Origin: Leptospira biflexa
GTDB lineage: Bacteria; Spirochaetota; DYNZ01
Assembly (NCBI GenBank): GCA_020720805.1
Contig: DYNZ01000004.1
Location: 19,103 to 83,102, forward strand
Length of the DNA stretch: 64,000 bases
Reading direction: 5' to 3'
Shown piece after piece: positions 48,754 to 57,117 of the stretch. The position numbers were made by a program, and so were the translations under genes. Within the stretch, counting starts at the first letter, position 1, and every line of letters starts with the position of its first letter. The notes under the pieces are model-generated. The model made no database searches. It was given only the letters and a program-made list of their open reading frames with translations, and was not told the DNA's origin.

Positions 48754-48811
48754 ATGTATCCAGACTAGTTCGGATACATAGCAATGAAAGTGGAAAAAAC
48801 ACTTTCATTGC
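48754..48811 (+). promoter_or_regulatory. Two tandem perfect hairpins in the 451-bp intergenic region upstream of the hypothetical/bactofilin/pdxA gene string.
   Basis: Hairpin 1 is atgtatcc (10-nt spacer) ggatacat, an 8-bp stem at 48754-48779. Hairpin 2 is gcaatgaaagtg (loop gaaaaaa) cactttcattgc, a 12-bp perfect stem at 48781-48811. No upstream co-directional gene is present for them to terminate. Confidence 0.3.
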
Positions 48812-48864
48812 AGAATACAACGATCCAAACAGGAATTCAACTATTTTTCTTATTTTAATGGTCT

Positions 48865-49611
48865 ATGGGCACTGATTTACACAAAGAAGAGATTGCGCGT
48901 ATCGAAGAGGTGGCTCACGAGCTGGCATTAATTTTAAACACAGTAAAGAGTCCTGCTCAGATAAGCCGTATCCAGAGGAACCTTGAATCATTTAGTAATC
49001 GATATAAGGAGTTGACAGGGAACGATTTATCGGAGACAATTCTCTCTAAATCGTCCGATTCAAGCCAGGTTTTAACAAAAAGCAGATTTCTGTCTAAAAT
49101 AAGAATTGAGCGTGCCTCCCCTCATTGTGAGTACCATGAGATAAATCTAATCTCATCCATTGTTAAAGAGTTTGAGGTCAACTACTGGAGCCTTCTTAGC
49201 GACAGGCATATAAAGCTGGATTACTCAACGGCATCGGAGCGGGACTCCTATTTTACCAAGCTGGAAGAGTTCAAACGCAACTTAAAATTGATCCTGGAAA
49301 ATATTGAAGAGGCGCATCGGACCCAGTCTCGTGAATATCTAGCAAGATTAAGAACGATGCGTATCAAACAGGAGAGGCAAATATTGCTTGAATTTCATGA
49401 TTTCTTTCGTTCTATCAGTCAGTTTCTTGAAAAAATTGTCTTGAATCTTGATGAGGGGAGCAATATCGTACTCAATTCCGACGAAATGGTCACCTATGAC
49501 CGTCATGATGGAAAACCTTATTTTAAAGGGAAAAGTGTTGCTGAGGCAGTGCGTATGATTTATGAGTTTACAAAGGAGTCCGCAGAATCGATCCGGGTTC
49601 CGGATCTATAA
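48865..49611 (+). CDS. Hypothetical protein, predicted alpha-helical, with no recognisable domain.
   Basis: 248-aa ORF on the same strand, 57 nt upstream of bactofilin 3. Coding-like composition. Confidence 0.55.
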   Translation: MGTDLHKEEIARIEEVAHELALILNTVKSPAQISRIQRNLESFSNRYKELTGNDLSETILSKSSDSSQVLTKSRFLSKIRIERASPHCEYHEINLISSIVKEFEVNYWSLLSDRHIKLDYSTASERDSYFTKLEEFKRNLKLILENIEEAHRTQSREYLARLRTMRIKQERQILLEFHDFFRSISQFLEKIVLNLDEGSNIVLNSDEMVTYDRHDGKPYFKGKSVAEAVRMIYEFTKESAESIRVPDL

Positions 49612-49667
49612 ACGTATTTCAGGAAAAACATAATTCATGATAAGAGTGAATCAATAAAGGTAAAGAT

Positions 49668-50120
49668 ATGGCATTAAGTAGAACATCTTCAGAAATGGTA
49701 AATAGCTCTATCGGAGAGGACTCCTTCTTCATGGGAAGATTCCATATCAACGGATCTCTCCGGGTGAATGGACGGTTCGAGGGAAAAACGTTGCAGGCTG
49801 AGCAGTTATATGTTGGCGCAACCGGAAAGATCAAAACGAATATTCGCGCTGTTTCCGTGATTGTCGAGGGAATGATCATAGGCAATGTAGAAGCCAGCAG
49901 CCGAGTTATGCTTTTGCCGACAGCCCGCATTCTGGGAAATATTAAGACTCCGGAATTGATAATCCAGAATGGGGTAATCCTCGAAGGGCAGGTTACCATA
50001 ACTCCAAGCCAGGATAGTTCAGCAAAGGAGATGATTGAATCTGAGTTTGGTGATGATTTTATTCCTCAGGTCTCCCTTTTTTCTGAATATCATGATCCGA
50101 AAAAACAGAAAAAGAGTTAA
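49668..50120 (+). CDS. Bactofilin, paralog 3.
   Basis: Bactofilin repeats (SIGEDSFFMGRFHINGSLRVNGRFEGK...TGKIKTNIRAVSVIVEGMIIGNVEASSRV). The stop overlaps the pdxA start (TAATG). Confidence 0.8.
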   Translation: MALSRTSSEMVNSSIGEDSFFMGRFHINGSLRVNGRFEGKTLQAEQLYVGATGKIKTNIRAVSVIVEGMIIGNVEASSRVMLLPTARILGNIKTPELIIQNGVILEGQVTITPSQDSSAKEMIESEFGDDFIPQVSLFSEYHDPKKQKKS

Positions 50121-51232
50121 TGAACGAATCTATGCAACCCCATCCAAGAAAGAGCTCCGGGATTCCTGTTATCGGAATCACTGCTGGCGATCCTGGAGGT
50201 ATCGGCCCAGAGGTGGTTGCCAAGGCTCTTGAAAATTTAAAAAATAGTGGGAGAACAGGTAAAAAGGGGAGCCTTCCCTGGGATTTTATTCCTGTAATTC
50301 TGGGTGACTCACTTTTTTTTGAGTCCTTTCTATCCAACAATCATGATCTTTTCAAAATCCTAAAAAAATTTGATTTAGGAAAAATGGCAGGGGCTCTTGA
50401 GGTTTTATTGCGGAGCGGCAGGGGTATCTTTCTGGATCTAGGCAACTCTTTAGAGCACAAAACCATAGGAAAAAGTACGGACGAAAATGCCAGGGCATCC
50501 TATTCCTACTTCCGTACTGCGGTAGAATTGGATCAAAAGGGTTTCCTGGATGGCATTGTCACAGGTCCGGTTAATAAGGGTGCGATTAATGGAGCGGGAA
50601 TTCCTTTTGTAGGGCACACGGAAGAGTTTATTCGTCTCATCTCTGATCGGGAGCCGGTACGTCCCTATATGCTTATGCATAGTCATGTCATTAATGTCAT
50701 TCTGTTAACGACACACCATCCGGTTCGAGATATAGAAAAAATTTTGTCCCCTGATCATAGTTATGAGGCTGTCCAGGCGGCAGCAGCATTTTTACGCATG
50801 ATCCATAAAAAAGAGCCGCTCATCGCGTTTTTGGGAATTGATCCCCATGTCGGGGATAAGGGAGCAATTGGAACGATTGATCATACTTTTTCTATCCCGC
50901 TGATCCAAGAGATGAATAAAAGGGGATTGGCTGTGGAAGGACCATTCGCGGCTGATAGCTTTTTTTCAAAAAAAAATCTTGAAAAATATAATCTTATCAT
51001 TTCGGCCTACCACGATCAGGGATTGATCCCTTTCAAAATGTTGAGTTTTGGAAAAGGGGTGAACGTTACCCTGAACTTGCCCCTGCGGCGTACTTCGCCA
51101 GATCACGGAACTGCCTACGAGCTTGCCGGAACCGGTAGCGCTGATGCTGGCAGTATGGTAGAGGCAATCCAGCTCTGCCGGCTCTGGATCCGAGCTGAAA
51201 AGAGCAATCCCGTAATTGGACAAAGTGAGTAA
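50120..51232 (+). CDS. pdxA: 4-hydroxythreonine-4-phosphate dehydrogenase.
   Basis: IGITAGDPGGIGPEV and HTEEF...H.. metal-binding motifs. 370 aa with a short N-terminal insertion. Confidence 0.85.
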   Translation: MNESMQPHPRKSSGIPVIGITAGDPGGIGPEVVAKALENLKNSGRTGKKGSLPWDFIPVILGDSLFFESFLSNNHDLFKILKKFDLGKMAGALEVLLRSGRGIFLDLGNSLEHKTIGKSTDENARASYSYFRTAVELDQKGFLDGIVTGPVNKGAINGAGIPFVGHTEEFIRLISDREPVRPYMLMHSHVINVILLTTHHPVRDIEKILSPDHSYEAVQAAAAFLRMIHKKEPLIAFLGIDPHVGDKGAIGTIDHTFSIPLIQEMNKRGLAVEGPFAADSFFSKKNLEKYNLIISAYHDQGLIPFKMLSFGKGVNVTLNLPLRRTSPDHGTAYELAGTGSADAGSMVEAIQLCRLWIRAEKSNPVIGQSE

Positions 51233-51671
51233 ATCTATGCTATCCTCGGAAATCGTTGTTTTTATCTATATCCTCTGGTTTTTGGCAGTTCTTTTCTGGC
51301 TATTGCGGCGCGGTATAGAGTTAATCTGGAAGCTGGCTGCGGTTGCTGCATTTGCTGCCCATCTCTATTTTCAGTATCCTGTTTTTTTGAAGGTTTGGCA
51401 GGAGATTGAAAGTGATTACGTTCAATTTCTTATGAAATTTACTGTCTCGCTTGGCAAAACCTTTTTTGAACTCTGGAGTGCAATCTGGATGATTGTCATG
51501 GTGGCTGTATTCTATATGGTAAATGAGTTGGCTGCTGAAAAATGGGTTAAAACACTGTTCTTTTTAACGCTCCTAGTTTGGGCAATTTGGTTTGTGAATT
51601 TTTTTTACGGAAAAGAGATAGGAGAATACCTGGGAAAAGAGATTCCAGCCTTTTTCCCTCGAAATTCCTGA
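51216..51671 (+). CDS. Hypothetical membrane protein.
   Basis: 151 aa with 3-4 hydrophobic helices. It overlaps the pdxA stop by 17 nt. Confidence 0.5.
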   Translation: MDKVSKSMLSSEIVVFIYILWFLAVLFWLLRRGIELIWKLAAVAAFAAHLYFQYPVFLKVWQEIESDYVQFLMKFTVSLGKTFFELWSAIWMIVMVAVFYMVNELAAEKWVKTLFFLTLLVWAIWFVNFFYGKEIGEYLGKEIPAFFPRNS

Positions 51672-51820
51672 CCTTGTAGAAAAACTGCTTGCTAATCTAG
51701 GCCGGCAAAACTTTTTTGCACAAAGGCACTTATTCTTAACTATACATCAATAACTTCAACTACCCACCTTTAAGGGACATAATAAAGATACGAATTCTAC
51801 TAACTGAAAGGGAAAATACC

Positions 51821-52237
51821 ATGAGTCCGATTATGGAAATTGAAAAGGATATCATTACAAAAAATGAGTATGAAATTCCAGATTTTAAGGTGGGGGATAC
51901 CATCAAGGTTCACCAAAAAATCGTGGAAGGAAATAAGGAGCGAATTCAGGTATTTGAAGGCGTGGTCATCGCTCGCAATAACAAGGGAAATAGTAAGACT
52001 TTTACAGTAAGACGAGTTTCTTATGAGGTGGGTGTTGAGCGGGTGTTCCCATTATTCACACCCAGGATCGCTCGTTTGGAGATTGTGAGAAGAGGCCGGG
52101 TTCGCCGCGCTAAATTGTATTTTCTCCGTGATAAAATTGGTAAAGCGGGGCGTATTCGTGAGAAAAAAGGGGCATGGAACATTTTGGCCGCCAAAGCCAA
52201 AAACACAGAAGCTGCCTCAACTGAAGCAGAGGTCTAA
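51821..52237 (+). CDS. rplS: 50S ribosomal protein L19 with a C-terminal extension of about 20 aa.
   Basis: [28 protein letters not shown]....FTVRR.S.GVGVER.FPL and [17 protein letters not shown] match L19. Confidence 0.9.
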   Translation: MSPIMEIEKDIITKNEYEIPDFKVGDTIKVHQKIVEGNKERIQVFEGVVIARNNKGNSKTFTVRRVSYEVGVERVFPLFTPRIARLEIVRRGRVRRAKLYFLRDKIGKAGRIREKKGAWNILAAKAKNTEAASTEAEV

Positions 52238-52895
52238 TCCCATAACAGACAGTAATCCCCTGAGAAGCCTTGATCAGGTCATAGATTTTGCCGCACTTGG
52301 CAACAAGAGGTGGGTGGCTGGAATTGATGAGGTTGGCAGGGGTGCCTGGGCAGGTCCCATGACTTTGGCAATGGTTATAAGAGCTGTTCCAGAGGCCTTT
52401 GTATCACTGGATAAACGGATTACAGATTCCAAGAAGGTTCATCTAGGAGTGCGACCGGCATTAGCCAGGATGATTAAGAGTAAAGCCGCACTTACCAGAT
52501 TTGCCTGGTGCCGGTCGGAGGAAATCGACCTCTATGGATTAACTCAGAGCACCATTAGCGCGGTTATGTACCTTCTCGATAAGGTTCCGAAAATAATGCA
52601 GGGCGATTTAATGGTTTGTTTGGATGGTCGCTGGAACATTTCCCATTCCATACCTGTCTTATCCATCATTAAGGGAGATTCGCTTGTTCCTGTTATTTCC
52701 GAAGCTTCGATTCTTGCTAAGGTAGCCCGTGACCGCTACATGGAGATACGGGGATCAGCATTTCCTCAATATGGCTGGGCTCAAAATAAGGGGTATGGTA
52801 CAGCTCATCATAAAAATGCTTTGAAACAATGGGGAATATCACCTTACCATAGAAAGAGTTATCAGCCAATTCAGTCGCTTTTAGCAACACCATAG
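52128..52895 (+). CDS. rnhB: Ribonuclease HII. The start is uncertain: the first in-frame start is GTG 52128, which overlaps rplS by about 110 nt.
   Basis: Catalytic motif [16 protein letters not shown] and downstream D/E residues. No ATG occurs between the L19 stop and the catalytic motif. Confidence 0.75.
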   Translation: MIKLVKRGVFVRKKGHGTFWPPKPKTQKLPQLKQRSNPITDSNPLRSLDQVIDFAALGNKRWVAGIDEVGRGAWAGPMTLAMVIRAVPEAFVSLDKRITDSKKVHLGVRPALARMIKSKAALTRFAWCRSEEIDLYGLTQSTISAVMYLLDKVPKIMQGDLMVCLDGRWNISHSIPVLSIIKGDSLVPVISEASILAKVARDRYMEIRGSAFPQYGWAQNKGYGTAHHKNALKQWGISPYHRKSYQPIQSLLATP

Positions 52896-52907
52896 AAAGT
52901 TGTACAG

Positions 52908-53210
52908 ATGGAAGCATTCTTTAAATTCATAATCAAATATGCAGTTCTCGTCGCGATTGCAGCTGCAGTGTCGTGGTATTTTTACTATTTTCGACGTAAG
53001 GACATTTTTGGTAAATTTGCTGGAGGAATGGTTGTAGCTATTTTGGGCGCCATTATCTTTGATCTAATTTTTACACTTCACTTCATGAAAGAGATTCTGG
53101 ATTTTTTAACCACCAGAACCTATGTGCATATCCCAGGAGCGTTTTTAGGTGGTTTTCTTGCTCTTTATGTTCTTAACAAGATCAACCACGATCAGGATCG
53201 CCGCAATTAA
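52908..53210 (+). CDS. Small membrane protein, possibly GlsB/YeaQ/YmgE (transglycosylase-associated) family-like.
   Basis: 100 aa with two hydrophobic helices carrying small-residue GxxxG-like motifs (FAGGMVVAILGAIIF). Confidence 0.4.
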   Translation: MEAFFKFIIKYAVLVAIAAAVSWYFYYFRRKDIFGKFAGGMVVAILGAIIFDLIFTLHFMKEILDFLTTRTYVHIPGAFLGGFLALYVLNKINHDQDRRN

Positions 53211-53211
53211 C

Positions 53212-54891
53212 TTAGAAAACGGCATGGGTGATCCAGGCGTTGCTCTCTTTGCCAGGTTCTACCCCCTGTAAAAAGTCTTCCAGACGCAGAAATGGTCGGA
53301 GAAATAGCCAGCGCTCTTTTCTTTTTTTACCGATTCCAGGTAATCTGCTTATCGACCCCGAGGAGATAGAGTTGATATAGATTGGGATGGGTATTCCTAC
53401 CAGGGACCTTTGCTCGTGGTCTATGATACAGAGATCATATTTTTGATAGATTTCAAGATCAGCAAATATTTTACAGGTGATGGGATAGCTAGACAGGGGG
53501 CGCCCCAGCGTGTAGCCATTTTCCAGTTTTTCGATCAGAACATTTCTTAGAATTGTGCCCGCAGGAAAGACAAGTTTCAACATTGGTGTATCGATCTCTT
53601 CTCGAATCTTCTGTTTAAAGTAAAGAAATCTATTCCTCAACCGAGTATTTATTTTACTGGCCATGCCAGCCTCTGCCAACTCTGTATCCTGGTGAGTCAC
53701 GACTTGTCGAATGTTGATTCGCCTTAATAAAACGCCTTCTTCTAACACTTGTTTCAAAAAGCGATAGTTCATCTCAAATGTACCCTCCCGTTCGGCTTTT
53801 AATCCATGGATTAGATTGATTCCAGGAAGCAAAGCAGGTAGCCCTTCGCGTCGGTGACCGCCGCACTGATTGATAAGATGGACCACCTCCATTGCTTGTA
53901 CGCTATCCACTTTCAGGCGATTTGCCGCAATTACCTCAGGATCAACACTTTCGATGCCAAGAGCTGCTGTGTCGCCAGGTGAATTCATGGATGCAATGGC
54001 AGTAAGGATTTCTCTGGATTCCATAGGAAAGTGGGCAATCGTACCGGGGTTTACATTGTCAAGGTGCAGTAGCTGGATACCAGGCGTGGAACTTATAGCA
54101 CGATAGAGGTCAATTACCGCTTTGGGTTCTGGTTTTGGGAAACTGGATTGAAATATCTCCAATCTGCTCTGGTAGGCCAGAATATCCGCCTGTCGACCCA
54201 AACGAAAAAAGAAGATGCCAACCTCTATCAGAGCGGAAACCTCGCGGTGAATGTCTGCAATTTCGCGGAAATGAACAGAGCCGTATAGTTTTTCTGTGCA
54301 GAATGAACAGAATTGGTTGCGAGGACAGCCGCGATAGGTTTCGATTTCAGCGATGATATGGGGATAAAACCGCGCTTGACGGCTGATCTGGGCGCCGAGC
54401 AAACTCCAATGGCTGACTTCATGGTTGCTACGTCGGGCTCGCAATTCCAAAGCGTCGGGAATCTCTCTAGTCTTCGTCCAATTGTAGGCAATTTTCTCCA
54501 GGTCTCCTGGGCAAATATGGATATTTTGGTGGTTGATTGTCTCTTGTTGCCAGATTCTTGCCAGGGAAAAGGGACCACCAAGAAAAATAGGGCTTTTTTG
54601 ATAGCGGATATTTTGGAATAACTGCAGAAGTTCGGCGATGGTTCCTATGCGCGTTGCCAGGTATTTGCCGGGGACTGTTGAGCCTCCGAAAATAAAAAGG
54701 GCATCGTACTCTTTGCTTAGAGAAAAACCATTATCTCGCAAGGAATCGATATGAATATAATCAATTTCCTCCCAGTCGAGGCCGCCAGCGCGCAGCGCTC
54801 CAGCGATATAACGGCTATAAGGGGAGAGAAAGGGTGGAACCCCGAGACAAGTAGGTTCGTCAACATAAAAATCGAGAATGGCAACTGGCAT
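53212..54891 (-). CDS. Putative radical SAM-type enzyme with a non-canonical Cx5Cx2C cluster motif and an N-terminal Rossmann/B12-like domain.
   Basis: ETYRGCPRNQFCSFC lies in an Fe-S context. N-terminal region DALFIFGGSTVPGKY. 559 aa. Confidence 0.55.
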   Translation of the reverse strand: MPVAILDFYVDEPTCLGVPPFLSPYSRYIAGALRAGGLDWEEIDYIHIDSLRDNGFSLSKEYDALFIFGGSTVPGKYLATRIGTIAELLQLFQNIRYQKSPIFLGGPFSLARIWQQETINHQNIHICPGDLEKIAYNWTKTREIPDALELRARRSNHEVSHWSLLGAQISRQARFYPHIIAEIETYRGCPRNQFCSFCTEKLYGSVHFREIADIHREVSALIEVGIFFFRLGRQADILAYQSRLEIFQSSFPKPEPKAVIDLYRAISSTPGIQLLHLDNVNPGTIAHFPMESREILTAIASMNSPGDTAALGIESVDPEVIAANRLKVDSVQAMEVVHLINQCGGHRREGLPALLPGINLIHGLKAEREGTFEMNYRFLKQVLEEGVLLRRINIRQVVTHQDTELAEAGMASKINTRLRNRFLYFKQKIREEIDTPMLKLVFPAGTILRNVLIEKLENGYTLGRPLSSYPITCKIFADLEIYQKYDLCIIDHEQRSLVGIPIPIYINSISSGSISRLPGIGKKRKERWLFLRPFLRLEDFLQGVEPGKESNAWITHAVF

Positions 54892-55075
54892 TATGTTTTA
54901 CCTGAAACATTGTGGATAGAGATTGCCCAAAGACACTTTAGGTTTGTACTATTAAGGTATGGCGATATTCAGTTTTGCATCCTTTTTTTAGCGGAAACGT
55001 TATAGCCCCATGCGAATTCTTGTGCGTCCTGGTTAATCTTTAATGAACCCATTCCCGATAATCTAAAATGAGAAG

Positions 55076-57103
55076 GTGTATTTTTTAACGAATAGGTTGC
55101 TGATGAAAGTAAGGAATCAATCACTTTTCACCGGAATGGGGCAGTTTCTGTTAATTCTGTTGGTATGGATCATTGCGACACCCGTGTCCGCAGGGTTTTT
55201 AGAGCTGGATCAGAAAAAATCAGGTGAAATGAAGGATAGTTCAAAGCAAGATCGTAACCTCGATCCGCTTGATTCAGGGGATTATACCCCTTCTCTGTTT
55301 CAAGGGGATAATTTTCCTGAGGATTTAGCCCGGAATATCCGCGCTGCTTCGACCAGTGGAACCTCAGTGCGCATCTCCTGGGAATTTAAATATCCGGTTG
55401 GCAAAAGGCATTACACACTTTTTCGTCACACCGAGCCCATCGACTCTCTTGCGAAACTTGAAAAATCGGAAGTTATCGGTACATTTCCTGCGGATGAAGT
55501 AAAAATAGATGACCAAGGATTGCCGAAAGGGCTCTATTTTTATGCGGTTGTTGAAAAAGAGAGATTGATTCAGAAAAAAGTTGATTTTTTCCCGGGTCAG
55601 AATTTTACTCAGGATCCTGTTGCGCTAAGCGGCGAAGAGGCGGTACAGAAGAATAATATTGCCATAATTGAAAAACTGCTGGTAGAATTTGTCAATCCGG
55701 CCACAAAAAATGTGGGCTCTTTGAGCTGGATCTGGCGTGGGTCTTCTGAAGTTAATTTGTTGATTTATCGTGCTCAAGAGCCAATTGATTCTCAGGAAAA
55801 GCTGAAAAAGGCCGAGTTGCTTGTTGAGATTCCAGCAGAATTGCAGAAATTTTTAGATTACACCCTTTATACTGGGAAGCCAAATTATTACGCTTTGGTT
55901 GCGCGCAGCGAAAGCGATAAAATGCAAACAAAACAGGATCAACCTGTATTGCTAATTGCTGATCAAAATTATTCTACCAGAGCGCTGCGCACTGACTCTT
56001 TGCCGGAAATGCTGCTGCTGAATTTTGATGCAAAAATGGTTAAAACCGATGAGCAAAATCAATGTCAGGCGCAGCTATCGTGGCGTTATCCAAAGGAGAT
56101 GCTCTCTCCGAAGCAATGGGAGGTGCGTATTTACCGCTCCATGAAAACCATCTCATCGGAAGCGGACTTGCAAGCAGATATGCTGGTTGTTGAGATGAAT
56201 GGAGCATTTCAAAAATATACAGATATGCCATTGGATTGCAGCAAACCCTATTACTATGCCTTGATTCTTGGGACCGGGAAACCGCTGACCTGGTTTACAA
56301 AGATTGACGCGAAGCGAAATTATCTTCTTGTCTCAAAGAGCAGCAAACAACAAGCTCCCGTAATCAGCCAGGATCCACAGGATCGGACGAAAAAGCCGTC
56401 AGGTTCTATTGCGTCCTATACCCAGATATTCTCCTCATTGAGTGCTAAGCCTGATGCAAGGGGAGTGCAAATCCTGTGGCGCTATCAAAAGCAAATCCCC
56501 GAAAGATATCAAAAGCAATGGATCTATATCATTCGTACTGATGAGCCGCCAATCGATTTCGAGACTGTGAGAAATCATGGTGTGATTGTTCATGAATTTT
56601 TAATGAGCAGTGGATTAGAAGCTTTTATAGACGAAACACCCATTGAACGTAAGGTTTATTATTATGTCTTATTGATTGGGCCAGGAAAATCCAGGGTGAC
56701 ACCGCTGGAATATCGGACTGGGTATAATGTTTATGCGCAAGGAGTGATTCCCTTTTTGGAAAAATCCAACCACAATGCGAATGGTTCCTTGCAAAAGAGA
56801 GACCCCAAAAAAAAGAGGATGTTTACGCCAGCCGGGCAGCTTGATATGGTGGAGTTAAATAATATTCTAAATGATTATTACTACCAAGGACAGTATTCCC
56901 AGAGTTACCGTAAACTGGAGATTTTTATAAACAATGCAAATCGTATTGTGAAAAGTAAAGCCTTGTTATATCAGGGTCGATCATTGTACAAGATGGAACG
57001 ATACAGGCAAGCTTTGCCTTATTTCCTGGACAGGGATGTTCAGGAATTATACCAAAAAGAGGCGCTTTTCTGGCAACAGGCTATTTATAAGAAACTGAGA
57101 TAA
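55076..57103 (+). CDS. Secreted or periplasmic protein with four FN3-like repeats and a C-terminal TPR-like tail.
   Basis: Signal peptide (the likely true start is MKVRNQ at 55103, cleaved after VSA). Four ~100-aa modules share a ..[LI]SW...P.....Y.[IV].R...PI.S...L.......YYYA[LV][LIV] pattern. Each module opens with VRISWEFKY, LSWIWRG, AQLSWRYPK or VQILWRYQK. Confidence 0.6.
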   Translation: MYFLTNRLLMKVRNQSLFTGMGQFLLILLVWIIATPVSAGFLELDQKKSGEMKDSSKQDRNLDPLDSGDYTPSLFQGDNFPEDLARNIRAASTSGTSVRISWEFKYPVGKRHYTLFRHTEPIDSLAKLEKSEVIGTFPADEVKIDDQGLPKGLYFYAVVEKERLIQKKVDFFPGQNFTQDPVALSGEEAVQKNNIAIIEKLLVEFVNPATKNVGSLSWIWRGSSEVNLLIYRAQEPIDSQEKLKKAELLVEIPAELQKFLDYTLYTGKPNYYALVARSESDKMQTKQDQPVLLIADQNYSTRALRTDSLPEMLLLNFDAKMVKTDEQNQCQAQLSWRYPKEMLSPKQWEVRIYRSMKTISSEADLQADMLVVEMNGAFQKYTDMPLDCSKPYYYALILGTGKPLTWFTKIDAKRNYLLVSKSSKQQAPVISQDPQDRTKKPSGSIASYTQIFSSLSAKPDARGVQILWRYQKQIPERYQKQWIYIIRTDEPPIDFETVRNHGVIVHEFLMSSGLEAFIDETPIERKVYYYVLLIGPGKSRVTPLEYRTGYNVYAQGVIPFLEKSNHNANGSLQKRDPKKKRMFTPAGQLDMVELNNILNDYYYQGQYSQSYRKLEIFINNANRIVKSKALLYQGRSLYKMERYRQALPYFLDRDVQELYQKEALFWQQAIYKKLR

Positions 57104-57117
57104 AAAGGAAACCCAAA

